Source: Lama guanicoe
Lineage: Eukaryota
Length of the DNA stretch: 64,000 nucleotides
Direction of reading: 5' to 3'
Assembly: GCA_013239625.1 (NCBI GenBank)
Contig: MU055107.1
Span: forward strand, 2,380,939 to 2,444,938
Of this stretch, positions 12,421-25,049 are shown piece by piece (the stretch's first letter is position 1; each line of letters begins with the position of its first letter). The notes under the pieces were generated by a model. It had not been told where the DNA came from. It did no database searches and saw nothing but the letters and a program-made list of their open reading frames with translations. The translations under genes and the position numbers were made by a program.

Positions 12421-14789
12421 GTGTGTGTGAGAGAGACTCTCTGGGGACTCGAGTTTAACGAGATATCAAAATATTTCATTTGCAAGTCTTGGCTGCTGTA
12501 CAGCGCTTAGCAAAGCAGAGCCAGTTTTCCTAGTTGAGATTGGTCCACATCAGGTTCATTTGTCTAGTATTTCACCGAATATTTTCCCACATTTGTCCAA
12601 CTGCAGCTTGAAGGCTGTAACTGACAATATAAATGTGCTCCAAGGTGGAAACTCCGACCCCATTTCCCTGAGTGATCTCCAGGGTTGGCCATTACCATGC
12701 AGATGCCCAGAGTCAAGGGATCTCTGCGGATCTGCTNNNNNNNNNNNNNNNNNNNNNNNNNNNNNNNNNNNNNNNNNNNNNNNNNNNNNNNNNNNNNNNN
12801 NNNNNNNNNNNNNNNNNNNNNNNNNNNNNNNNNNNNNNNNNNNNNNNNNNNNNNNNNNNNNNNNNNNNNNNNNNNNAGAGAAAGAAAGGACCCTGAGTCA
12901 CTTCTAAATATTCTTATAAACCCTCCCATAGCAACCAGGAGCTAAAAGCCCACTTGTCTAGATGCTGTGATTTTTCATGTTTGTAGCCCTAAGTGGGAAT
13001 TAATGGAGCCCTTAGGTTCCCATTAGAGTAATGGCTTTGGCGAACCCTGAATGCAGAAAGATGGGGAATTTCTCAGATAATCAATCACCACTTCCTGATG
13101 GCTCAGTCGTCCCTCACATTGGGGCTGGAAGGATCCTGGAATCTCTCTTCTTGAAGGGAAAACCTCTGCCCAGTGGGGCGCTCTAGAAACAAACCATCTC
13201 TCCAGGGCTCCAAGAGATATTCCAGATGAAGATGTTGGAGTTGAGGATTGGAGAGTGATGAGAGGTGTCCCCGCCCTCCAGCCTGGAAAGATACACAGTC
13301 TTCAACCTCAGAGACATCAGATACACCCACACAAAGATGGAGGCTGACAGAAGAGGAAGAATGAACAGGAGACATTTTCATCGATGATTTTAATCAAGTC
13401 TTTATTTTGGAGCAGTTTTCCGGTGGGGGGAGGTGTTTTTGTTTTTAAGTTAATTAGCCCGATTTTCTATTTAGTAGTTTATCCATATGCGGAACATGGC
13501 CTGTCCTACTTTTAAAAAACCAGGACTTCATCACTTTCTAAATAAGTGTGACTCTAGCTTTCCTTCTGAAGGGTTAAACAAATGGATAAAGGGTAATAAA
13601 TCTTCCCTCTTCACTTTCAATGAGTTTCAGAATGTTTTCCTCCCTAATTCCTACCCTGAGCCAACAATCACTGCTGACTTTAGCTAAGAATTCTATTTTT
13701 TAATTTTTTTTATAGCTACAATGTGAGTTTCCCATGCAGTTTTTATTAACTGTGTTTCATTGCAAGGCCTTGCAAGCAAAAATGGCCCTTATTTTTATTT
13801 GAAGAAGTCTATTTCAGTGACAATCCAGCCTCAGGGCAGCTATATGTCAATCCCTTTGCTTTTTTTTTTTCCCCCTGTTGAAACAAGCATGGGAAAGTTG
13901 CGAGACAAATGCCATCCAAGGCAGGGCTGAAGCAAGCAGCGTACCCACCCTCATCTTTGGGCAGCTCAAGACCAGAAAGTGAAAGCGGCAGTCCACTGGT
14001 ATAAGGTGAGGGGAAACTCCTGTACATCTATCAGTTTTTATTCCCAACAGATGGAAGGTCTTAAGTCCTCACCGCTTGTCAACTTTTCCCAGAGATGACA
14101 GTATTTGGGATTATGCTGGGAGGCTGGACTATAATATTTACAATAAGAAGCACATCTTCTTAAAAAGGCAATAGGAGCTTAAGCACTGGTTGTTTCTGAG
14201 CCACCACCCCAAGTCTTCCTGAACTCTTTTTTCACTTTGACCACTGAGATCAAAGTCAGATCTTCCAGAGACTGGCACCTGCAAGTGTACAGGAGGGATT
14301 ACTGGGGATAAAATCCCAGCCCCTCACACGGCAAAATGGTGATACAGCAGCTGGCCCACTCTGCAGGCATGAACATTCAAAGGATGGGTTCCCCAGACAC
14401 ATACAAGGTTATCATCTGAAGCCTCAGTTGCTTGACTGAAAATAACATATGAAACATCAACCCCTAAAACAAATGGGAAAATATTGTAAATGGGGGTTAT
14501 GAGGTGGAGGATGTGAATGTCTGAATGAGCTTGGCATTGTTCTAGATCACTATATCTTTACGTTATTTTACTAAACCTTCTCATCAACTTTATCAAGTAG
14601 GCTTTATTTTCACCATTTTATATATGAAGACGAGGTTGGCAAGAGAATAAGTAGTCAAATAAACAGTAATGTAAGTTATTTTATTCTCCCTTTATCTGGC
14701 ACAGTTAGAGAAAAGAACCCTTTCTCTTTTTCCAAGAGAAAGCTGAAGGAAATCTTGAGACCATTTGGTCTTACTTCTCATTTTTCAGC

Positions 14790-15001
14790 TAATGGGTAAT
14801 AGAAGAGGGACAGATCTGGCCCACAGCCTGCTTTTGTAAATAAAGTTTTATTAGACCATGGCCACACTTGTTCATGTACATATTTGTCTATGCTTTTGTA
14901 TTACGCAGGCAGGGTTGAGTGCCTGCAATTAAGATCACATGATCTGCAAAATCTAAAGTGTATACTATGTGGAACTTTACAGAAAATGTTTATCGACTCC
15001 T
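14790..15001. mobile_element. MER58A-like hAT-Charlie element
   Basis: cagatctggcccacagcctgcttttgtaaataaagttttattaga, ctttacagaaaatgttt. Confidence 0.8.
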
Positions 15002-15009
15002 TCTGGAAA

Positions 15010-15530
15010 TCATTTTGACTTTAACAGTATCGAGTTTTCCAATCCATGAATATGGTATATTTCTCCATTTATTTAGGTCTTCTCTCCCTGAAATGTTTTA
15101 TATTTTTCCAAGTGTTCAACTCTTACATATTTTTGTTAAAAATAAATTTAAGTGTTATGCTTTTCCATGCTTTTGTAAATGATATATTTTATTATTTTTC
15201 AATGGTTTGCTGTTGGATACACAAACACAGTTGATTTCACACGTCAACATTGAGTACTCAAATCTTGCTGAGCTTAATATTTGTTCTAGCATATTTTTGT
15301 AGATTACTTAGGATTGTCTACGTAGATAAAGATGCCATCTGTAAATAAAGAGTGGTATTCGCCCTTTCAATCTTTATGCCTGTTTTCTTTTTCTTGCCTT
15401 ATTGGACTGGTGTGACCTCCAGTACAACCTGAATGGAAGTGGTAAGAGTGGACATCCTTGTGTTTTTCACAATCTTAAAGGGAAAGCATTCCATAGTCAC
15501 CATTAAGTATGATGCTAGCTGCTGCTTTCT
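15010..15530 (-). mobile_element. Old L1 ORF2 (reverse transcriptase region) fragment
   Basis: ttccaatccatgaatatggtatatttctccatttatttaggtcttc, gtggtaagagtggacatccttg, caccattaagtatgatg. Confidence 0.85.
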
Positions 15531-15769
15531 CCTTGGACTTCACCCTTTCATTTATTTGTACCCTTTGACAAAATAATTTTTTGACAGGATGAATTAGAGA
15601 ATAAAAAACACAATGTAATCAGAGATGGGAATGTTTGCTAATTGAGTCCTGCCTCATTTTCAGATTGGCTAATTGATCTATTTGGTAGGGAGAGAGGGAA
15701 ATTGAGGATCAGAGAGAAAGTAGTACAAAGATCTCCCTTGCAGCACTATTGATCTTTTGAGAGAAAATC

Positions 15770-16560
15770 TTGAGTTAAAGTGTAAAATGGCACATCTGCT
15801 TTGGAAAACTGCTTGGTGGTTTCTTGTGAAGTTAAACATACACCTGCCCTCTGACCCAACAATTCCCCTCTGTATCCACACAAGGGAAATAAGTGTGTGT
15901 ACCAGCAAAAGCCTTGCATGTGAACTTCATATCAGCTTTGTTTATAATGCCAAGATTTAGAGACAACCCTCAATGTCTATCAGCAAGAATGGATTTTAAA
16001 AGTTGTGGTATACTTATACAATGGAATACTACTCAGCCACAAAAGGAACAAACTCCTGGTGTACACAGTAACATGGCAAAACCTCAAGACCATTACACCA
16101 TGTGAAAAAAGGCAGACTCAAAAGGTACATATAGTTTGGTTCCATGTATATTAAAGTTTTAGAACAGGTGGAACTAATCTATAGTGATCAAAATCAGAAC
16201 AGTTGTGTTTATCATGGGCTAACTATTTTGTTATCAGACACAATATCAGAGAGAGAAGTAGATGGTTGAGTAATTATTCAGGCCCCGGAGAAGATCATTT
16301 AATTTGGATCACCATATACCAAGCCAAATTTAAATAAAATATTTTAGAGCACAAAATAAATCAGAACAGTTGTTACTTGGAGTGGGCAGAGAGGCAGGGA
16401 TTAATTAGGAAGGAAGAAAAAACAGGACTTTCTGGGGAGATGAAAAGTGTTCTAAATCTTGAGTGGTGGTGAATCAATCGATGGGAATATATACTTATCA
16501 AAACTCAGATTATATATTTAAGATATGTTTCACTGAATGTACATTAATCCTCAAGAAAAA
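15770..16560 (+). mobile_element. Old L1 (L1ME-like) ORF2 C-terminus plus 3' UTR, containing a 151-bp foreign insert
   Basis: ORF 15757-15960 reads LWKTAWWFLVKLNIHLPSDPTIPL, like the L1 ORF2 C-terminus; caatggaatactactcagc. Confidence 0.85.
16207..16357 (+). pseudogene. Orphan retrotransposed 3' fragment of an unidentified polyadenylated RNA
   Basis: Perfect 16-bp TSD aaatcagaacagttgt (16191-16206, 16358-16373); AATAAA at 16333-16338, 14 nt before a short A-rich tail. Confidence 0.65.
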
Positions 16561-18699
16561 AATAAATTTAGAGAAAACAAACTTGCAGGGAAAGGGCAGA
16601 ACACTAATGAATGAGCCTTCAGTGATGGAATTTCAGACACACAGACTCCTGGTACAAAGAGGGTCTGCTGGGAGCCAAGTGACAGCAAGAGGGAACAGCC
16701 ATGTGGATGGAATCAGACCCCACAATCTCTACCAACAGACATCCCCCAATCAATAAACATTCAAACTAAGCAAAAACAATGTGTGTACCAAGCAAATGAG
16801 GCTTCAAGATGAGTGGCATAGACCATTTTGACTGAATTGCAGGTCCCTGGCCTTCCAACCAAGAAATCCTGCCTACCCCCTGCAATGTGAACTTCTAACC
16901 ACTTGGGCAGCCAGCTAGCCACCCCAAATTAAGCCCCCTTTCCCATCCACTCACAAACACTTATCCCTCTCCTCAACTTCCTAGATTCACTCACCTGCAC
17001 CATGCACTGTTCTAAATCATTGAACTAATTGACTCATTGAGTAAATACAGTCCAAGTAACACACCGATCATAGTGCAGGAGACATATCAAATGCCCAGAA
17101 AATGTCAGATACCACTGCAGCCTCTACTTCTGCCTTTTTCTATGGTTCTCCTTTGGCCCCACTGGACCCTAAGGGTCACTTTAAAGAAACAGAGTGATGG
17201 ATATGTTTTCTTGACTTTCCCAGAAGTTCTGAATGAACTATAGGAGCTTCCCCAGGAGATAAGAGACCAGAGAGTAGAGTTTTTCTCTCTGAGGGCCTAA
17301 CACTCAGCCAAGTTCACCATCGCCTACAATTTCAGAGAGCTCTTGAACACTAATATTTTATACTTAAACAAATCAAGGCTTGAGATAGCAAAATGGGTTT
17401 CACCAAGTTCCCTGATCTGTCAGAGCTATGTTATGACTTTGCACCTTGCTGTATTTGCCCCTTAGGACTGAACATGGGACATGGCATCCAGCAGGCACTC
17501 AGTAAAGGCTTTCATGAAATGTAGGGTGGGGAATTTTGATTCCTTTTCAAGGTAGTAAGAAGTTCAAAACCTGCTGTCATAAATGTGCTTGTCTAGACAA
17601 ATTAAATTCTGTCAAATCATGAAGATTTTCTTTGATTATTTTTACAACTATATTTCTTTTCCTTCCAGGTGAGAAAACGTTTTGTTTTCCTGGGTTACAC
17701 AGGGAAACTTAGGCAACTGAGTTGAAATATTTGCTTTAATTTCTACTCCAGGAAAGGCAGTGTAATAGAGCAGAGAAAGCAGGGATGTGGGCGCTAGCTG
17801 ACACTAGCTCCTGAGCTAGAACACATTTCTTAAAAAACTACGCTACATCTCTGGATCAGAATAGCCTACATTGCACGTTTATAATGAGAACCTAAGACTA
17901 TGTCTTGCAGAATGTTTGGCACATAGTGGAATTTCAACAAATGCAAGCATTTTTAGTAACAATAGATCCTCCCCTTTCTCTAGGCACATGGGACAATTGG
18001 CCCTGAGCCCCATCAATCCCAGCCCATCACCCTGACCCACTCTGAATCTATCCCCTGGGTCAGAGGTTTAGAAACAAAGTAGAGCATGAGGGCTGTCTCA
18101 AGCAAAGTGATGAAGTCACTTCCAGGTCCAACTTTAACTCAGACCATGGGGAACTGGAGAAGAATGATGTTCCAAGTATCAAGAGCAAGGAAACAAAAGA
18201 GGAGACAGTCACTCTGAGCTCCACACTTCAAACCTTAGACCAAGCAACGATTCCAAAACAGCCTCAAACTGGGGCACAACAAAACATTATGTAACCAGAA
18301 GACGCCTTTATTTATTCCATTGGCAAACATTTCCTGCTTGGTTTTGTATAAACACGGTACAGAATTTCCTAGCGGTCATATCTTCTGTGGGGCCAGCTCT
18401 CATTACCCTGTTTGGTTCGGAAGGTTGATCTCACTGTTTTAGCAACTCGCTCCTCCTCCTCACACCAGACACTTTGGTGAACTGACTCCATGTAGGGATG
18501 GAGGTTTGGGTTAGATGCTTCTGGATTGACAACACAATCAGACGGAGTTGTTCAAAGTAGCACTGGCAACATAAAAGAAACTCTTCTTCCCAAGAACGTG
18601 GAGTACAAGGATGCAAAGATGCATGAAGACTTAACCCAGGTGGGGTTGGCCTTGGTAAGACCATGTGTACGTGAGAGAATCTGTTAGATTCTAGGAGCT

Positions 18700-19345
18700 C
18701 TTCTAAGAACTTCACAGATATTAAATCATTCCATGCACACACACAATCCTATCAGAAGGACACTATTTTATAAGCTTATCTTAGNNNNNNNNNNNNNNNN
18801 NNNNNNNNNNNNNNNNNNNNNNNNNNNNNNNNNNNNNNNNNNNNNNNNNNNNNNNNNNNNNNNNNNNNNNNNNNNNNNNNNNNNNNNNNNNNNNNNNNNN
18901 NNNNNNNNNNNNNNNNNNNNNNNNNNNNNNNNTAAAAGTGTCCATACTTTCATTAAACAATACTTCATTGCTAAAAAATGCTAATCATCAACTGAGCCNN
19001 NNNNNNNNNNNNNNNNNNNNNNNNNNNNNNNNNNNNNNNNNNNNNNNNNNNNNNNNNNNNNNNNNNNNNNNNNNNNNNNNNNNNNNNNNNNNNNNNNNNN
19101 NNNNNNNNNNNNNNNNNNNNNNNNNNNNNNNNNNNNNNNNNNNNNNNNNNNNNNNNNNNNNNNNNNNNNNNNNNNNNNNNNNNNNNNNNNNNNNNNNNNN
19201 NNNNNNNNNNTCAAGCACATGAAAGTGAACTAAGATAAAACGAGGTATGCCTGTATTCCCATTTTGCAGATGAGGAAACTGAGGCACAGAGATCAAGATG
19301 CAAGGTTAGTAAATGACAGAGGCCATATTCAAATCCAGACAGGCA
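18700..19345 (-). mobile_element. MIR split by a Tigger1 derivative
   Basis: cacaatcctatcagaaggacactatttta | ttcccattttgcagatgaggaaactgaggcacagaga rejoins into the MIR core. Confidence 0.7.
18771..19253 (-). mobile_element. Second Tigger1a-like element, about 483 bp, mostly masked
   Basis: Terminus gataaaacgaggtatgcctg then TA; 18945-18998 aligns to 10040-10093 of the first copy. Confidence 0.85.
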
Positions 19346-19349
19346 AGGT

Positions 19350-19713
19350 GAACAGCTACTCACTCTGACTCCCTCTTCCCATGGGAAAAGTATAATTACC
19401 CCATCAAGGTTGAACTTGGCCATATGATTTATTTGACCAACGAGACGTAAATTTATGCAAGTAGAGGCTCTGAATGGGCTTGTTCAGGTTCACTGTCATG
19501 TGCTTCTGACCTCCTCCTCCTCCAAGAATCACTTCTCTTTCAGCCTGGTACCTATGAAGTAGAACTGAACCCACCTTTCAGCCTAGAACAGAGCTGTGCA
19601 GTTGATCTGCAGACTTTTGAGGAAGAAAAAATTATCTATGGTCTTAAGCCACTGAGATTGGAGGAAGAGCTGTTTGTCACACAGCACTTTGGTAGTGAAA
19701 AACTGACTAATAC
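19350..19713 (+). mobile_element. MLT1-family (MaLR) solo LTR
   Basis: cttggccatatgatttatttgaccaa, ttaagccactgagatt, terminal ctgactaatac. Confidence 0.75.
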
Positions 19714-19734
19714 GAACACAGTCTCTGTACTTAC

Positions 19735-19850
19735 TCTCATTTTCAGATGAGGAAATTCAGATACAAAGAAGTTATATGACTTGACCAAGGTCACACAGAT
19801 AAATTAGTGGAGAAGCTGAAACTGAAACCAAGCTGAAAACTCTGAAACCA
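19735..19850 (-). mobile_element. MIR core
   Basis: cattttcagatgaggaaattcag, tgacttgaccaaggtcacacag. Confidence 0.75.
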
Positions 19851-21399
19851 TGTGGTTAATCTTGGCTTTATAAGGCATATTCAGTGTTAGAGATAAACAC
19901 TGTGATTTCATTCTCTGTGAACTGCTAAGAGATCTTTGAATTCCACCTAAAATCAAGATTCATTTATTTCATTTTGTAGGTCTTTTTAAGGATTCTTAGA
20001 TTGTGATATCTAAGAATGGGCCAACATATGATTACTGAGAATATTATAACCAAAGAAATGACACTAAAATGTCCAATCTTCAGAAATATGCACATTGTTT
20101 CCATTTTCAAAAGATATAGTGATTTATTACTGAAAACTACCTGATTCTCTTCTCAGTGGAAAACTCGGGGCAATTCCAATTGCAAAAGAGTTGAGGAACA
20201 CGTTAGAACAGGCACATCTCTAAGCCTGTGTGCTTTAAGAGATTTAAGCCTTTACGAGAAAAATACATAAATGAGGACTGGTAGCTTCCATTTAATTTAA
20301 ATAATTCATTATGTGGTTTCTTTTTCATTAAAAAAAAAACATCGTAATCACAAAAATCTTCCCCTGGTTAGTTCACAGTCCCAATCAAGTTTTCCTAGAT
20401 GATACTGAAATGGATGCAATTAAGTCAAACAATTTATGTCAAACCTCCCCCAACACCTTTTCTTCTCATTGACTGAATTTAGGCCACGAGAAATTCTTGA
20501 ACCTTCCTGGGTAATTTCAAGACCCCAACAGATCTTCCATGCACACCCGTCCTCCAAAAATCTCCATCCATCATTCCCTGCTGCTGTGACTGCTTTCAGC
20601 CCTTAGAGAAGATAAACTTGTGACCCAGCCTGGGAAGTTGGGAATGACTCACGCTGAGAAGTTGAGCAGTGTAAAGGGCATCTGGTATTTTAATTTATTC
20701 CTTCAGACTTCCCACTGCCCTCACCAGAAGCTTATTGCCGCAGTCCTCCGGGCTCTTTCAACTCAAACCCTTTATACACCTCACTAGAGATGCATAACTA
20801 TAAAAGTTCTAAACCCTTAGTTTAGATCCTTTCCAGACCCCTTTGGAAGGTCTGCCCTAAAGACAGTGACATGCAGTAAATGACCTCAAAGGGAACATGC
20901 CACAAAATATTTACTGGAAAGATGATCTAGGATGGAAGAGGCATAACAAAGAAAGGCATTTTAAGATTCTGCCTCTAATTGTCTGAAATGCATTTTACCT
21001 CTTTTAGCCTACGAATGCCACGAACAAAATGGAGAAACCAATATTGTTCCCATTACCTCCATGCTGGATGAACAAATTGTTCTTTTGTGGCTCTCCAGAG
21101 GGTCTCCCATCACTGGCTTCCAAAAGACATCTGAAAAGGGAAGGATGCATATTACAGCAGCAAAGTAAAATAAAATGGCTGCCAGTTTTATACACTCAAT
21201 ACGAGGTCTGCTGTAAGCCCAGCCCTTCTCAGTGCATGACAGGAAACGCACAGTAATGATGAAGCCCTCATCCCTTCCTTCAAGATGCTCACAAACTTGG
21301 TATTGTTTAGCAAATAACTGAGCAACAAGCTCAAGGTGTGTCCCAGTCCCTGAATACAAGGGCAAATCCATCAATTACCCTGACTTCCAGGACTTTGCA

Positions 21400-22340
21400 G
21401 TCTACGAGGGAGAGAAAATTGACACTAAATAATTCTAATACAAAACAGAAAAGTGATACATGCCTCAGAGAGGTCCAAATAATGGACAATGAGGGGTTAG
21501 GGAGAAAGGAGCTTACTTAGAAATAAGAGGGGATGGATTGAGGATGCTTTTGAGGTGCGTCTTAAAAGACAGCATTTGGATATATGCAGATGAAGAGAGG
21601 TTACTCTAAACAGAAGAGAATTCTACTCGTATGAGCAAAGGATACAAAGTGGGGGAAGAGAGAGAGAATATGGAAATAACAGTTCCCTTTGACTCAATTG
21701 TAGGGAACATAGTTGGCACCAACGGGAAATAAGATGGAAAAGTAAGTTGGGAGAAGATTTCAGAGGGCCACAGCTATGGGGCTTAGGAAGTTGGCATTTA
21801 TTCAAAATCTCTTCTGCTGAATCCTGCGTGTTATGAAGACAGAATGGGCAAAGATCCAGGATACTCTCCTGGTGCGACAAGAACAGACTGCTTTCATCTA
21901 GTTGACATACTGGAGTTTCTGGACAAGATTTCATTCGGGGGACCACATACAAAACCGCTACTGTCAGCAAATTCAGTCTGAGCAAGATTTTTAAGAGGGA
22001 GGGATGGGTGAGTCAGAAGATCAGATGCCAGAAGATGAACCTGGTGGTAGCAGCATGTATGATGGATTAGAGGGAGGAGAGTGTAAACTTGGGAGGATGA
22101 ATTAAGAGGTGATTGCAACATCCCCAGGTAGAGGCACTGGGGGCTGAACTCAAGCCCTGCAGTGTGGGCACTTACAAGTAGTACAAAGATATTAACCTTG
22201 TGGGCCTTGGAAGCAAGCGGAATATAAAGGGGAATCAAGGATTTTGACCCTGAAAGATAGGGTGATGTCGCTAGAAATAGAGGACACCGAACACAAGACA
22301 AGTATGGAAACTGAAAAGCCAAGTTAGGGAAATAGTATTA
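21400..22340 (-). mobile_element. Degenerate L2 fragments
   Basis: Purine-rich L2 antisense texture, e.g. ggattagagggaggagagtg and ggaatcaaggattt. Confidence 0.5.
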
Positions 22341-22519
22341 AATTTGAGATTCCAGCAAGCCTTTCAGAGGGCAAATAGCTTGGTGGGGAAAAAAAAATCT
22401 CTCTGGATAAACACACACATAAGAGATGAACACATTAAACAGCTAATCATATACAGGAAGGTATTTTTAATAAAGTACAAAAGTTTATTACATGCCAGAC
22501 TCCAGTTAACTATTTGCTT

Positions 22520-23200
22520 CCCAAATATACGAGGTGCACAAGATTCGGTCCTGGACCCTCTGTTCTTCCTTCTCTTATTCTCCTACTTGGAGATCTCATT
22601 TTCTATCAACTTTAAAAATCCACATTCCATGTCTTTGTCTCCAGCCCTATAGCTCTAACTGCTGGCTAGAGACAGCCACCCAAAGTGGGCATGCCAACCC
22701 AATCAAGGCAAAGATGAATTTATCCCCTTCAACTAGTGCTTCTTCCCAATGTCCCTATTTTCTTTGAACAGGGACTTCAAACTGATGCCTCAGACTTCCC
22801 CACACTCATGACGGTCATCCTAAATAATCACTTTTCCAGCACGCTACGCCCCTCCTGAAAGTCTTTGGGAGCTTCTCAATGTGGACAGAATAAAAATCAA
22901 GGTTCTCAACCCAGGTTTCAAGGCCATCCACAAGTCTATCCCAGACTACCTTTCCAATTGCAATTCCCACTGCCTCTTTGCCCAAACCTGCTCCCAGGAG
23001 ACATCCTGCAGCCGACTCTCAAGCATGCTCACCTTGATTCCTTCCCATCTTCTCAAGTAGACTGGTAATCCTTCTTTCTGCCAGGCATCATCCTGTTCCA
23101 TTTTGTCTTCATCTAACCTATCTTCACCCCGCAAGCCTTGGCAAAATTCCCATCTCGTCCTGAACCTCTTCTTGTCCATCCCAGGCCACTGGTGGTCCTT
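22520..23200 (+). mobile_element. Degenerate L2 (ORF2/3' region)
   Basis: ggtgcacaagattcggtcctggaccctctgttcttc, tttcaaggccatccacaagtct. Confidence 0.55.
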
Positions 23201-23761
23201 CCTCTGTGCTCACTGAGAAACCAGATGGTGTTTGCATAGCTATTTCCTCATGTGTGAGATGGGGTTACAACAGCACCTGTATCATAAGATTATTTTGAAA
23301 ATTAAATGTGTTCAATAAGTCATTGTTATGATCGTTATTATCTGTTAAACACTGAACCAGGCATCCAGGGATCTAAGTGGGAATAAGATACAGTCCCTAA
23401 CCTCAAGGAGTGAAAAATCCAATGGAGAGAAAGTGCACTGCGGAGGGAAATGTAAGTAAAAAGATGATTTTTTACTATCTTGTCTAATTATCTTTTCTAG
23501 GATGTTAATCATGACTCTTCTACCTAATTGCAAGCCTTTGACAAAGGAAATTTAATATATTCTTGAACAGCTCTTTGGAAAATGTATCTTATTTCTTGTG
23601 TGTGTGTGTACTTTTACTTCTCCCAGGAGATTGTGTGCTAAACAATTATATTTTCACAGGATAAACATTTTTGTTCCAAGAGTCAGAGATTTTTACTCAT
23701 CTGACTACATGTCAAAAAAATAGCCCAATATTTAGCATCTTCCTCTGATAGGTCTTCATCC

Positions 23762-23763
<2 letters not shown>

Positions 23764-23797
<34 letters not shown>
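23764..23797. repeat. (CA)n microsatellite
   Basis: Pure AC run of about 17 units. Confidence 0.97.
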
Positions 23798-23799
<2 letters not shown>

Positions 23800-24022
23800 C
23801 CAACCCTAACTGACCAATGCATATGTACTCAGAGACTTGAGAAAAGCACAGAAGCTGGGAGGGGGGTGGAGGTTGGGGAAGAGGAAGAAGAAGAGAAGAA
23901 GATGGGGGAGAGGAGGAGGAAAGAAATTCCAGCCTCAGCTCACCTCTAGAATAGAAATTGAGTAATTTAATTATCCTTGCCAAGCCTCAGCCTACTCCTC
24001 TGTAAAATGTGTGCACTAGATT

Positions 24023-24200
24023 GTGGTTCCCAGTCCTGGTTGATTATAAGACTCCCATCTAGGGAGATTTGTTCAAATTCATATTCCCAGATTCCAATCT
24101 GGACCTGCAAAATCAGAACTTCTAGGGGAGGAGCCGGAACATCTGTACCTTTAAAAAAAGCACTCCAGGTGATGACGATGATCAAAGTTTGGGGATCCCT
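24023..24200. mobile_element. MER5-family hAT-Charlie MITE
   Basis: aatcagaacttctaggggg, aagcactccaggtgatg, aaagtttgggga. Confidence 0.7.
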
Positions 24201-25049
24201 AATCCAATTCTGATTCTCCTCACGTTAGAAGGCACACTCTTCTCTGAGAAGCTTCCGACAGTCTGGAGTCAGGATCTGAGGCAGGAAGAGCTTCAGAATT
24301 CTGAGACAGGCTAGAATAACAGATGGAGTCTCCTCCCTCCCTGTTTTCTGCACAGAAACACTTTCTTTTCGCTTCTCAACTGTGGTTTCTGATCAACATA
24401 AACGTTTTAACCATTTGTGATTCTTTCACAAAACAGCTAAGAGCAAAGAAAACACTTTGATTATTTTCATACCTCTTAAGGACTTAAAGCCAGCTTTGAA
24501 CATGTGACACAAAATCTCCCTCATCAGATAATTTTGTTGCCGTTGCTGAATTCGATTTGAATCCGATGCATATCTCCAATTGTTTCACTTACTCAACTGT
24601 GTTGTTTTTAAATCGAATTGAGTCTGCCCTGTTTACATAAAGATACATTTAAGGAATTATACTCAGCTTTACTGGCTTTGATCGAGCCTCTTCTATAAAA
24701 TGCCACTTTGCTGGGGCTTTCACTCAATCAGCTTAAGAGGAAACTGCTTCTCGCTCTCCCAGGAGAGCCCAAAGGCTCTGCTTTGCAAACTTTAGAGTAT
24801 GAGTTTTTCTAGAGGAGCAAAACCACCTACAAGAGCTTCACAGGCAGTAAAGTTTCCAGATTCTGAGCTAATTCCCTGAAAATGTCTATGCGCATTAAAA
24901 CCAATTGTGCACTCCCCCTTATTATATGATTAAGTGCCTATATTCAAGCAAACAAGATCACCCTAATCTCTAGGAAACCAACTTTTAGAGGACATGTTGC
25001 GCTTCTTTCTCTCACATTGTAGCACAGGTAATCTGATGCCAAGGAGCCC

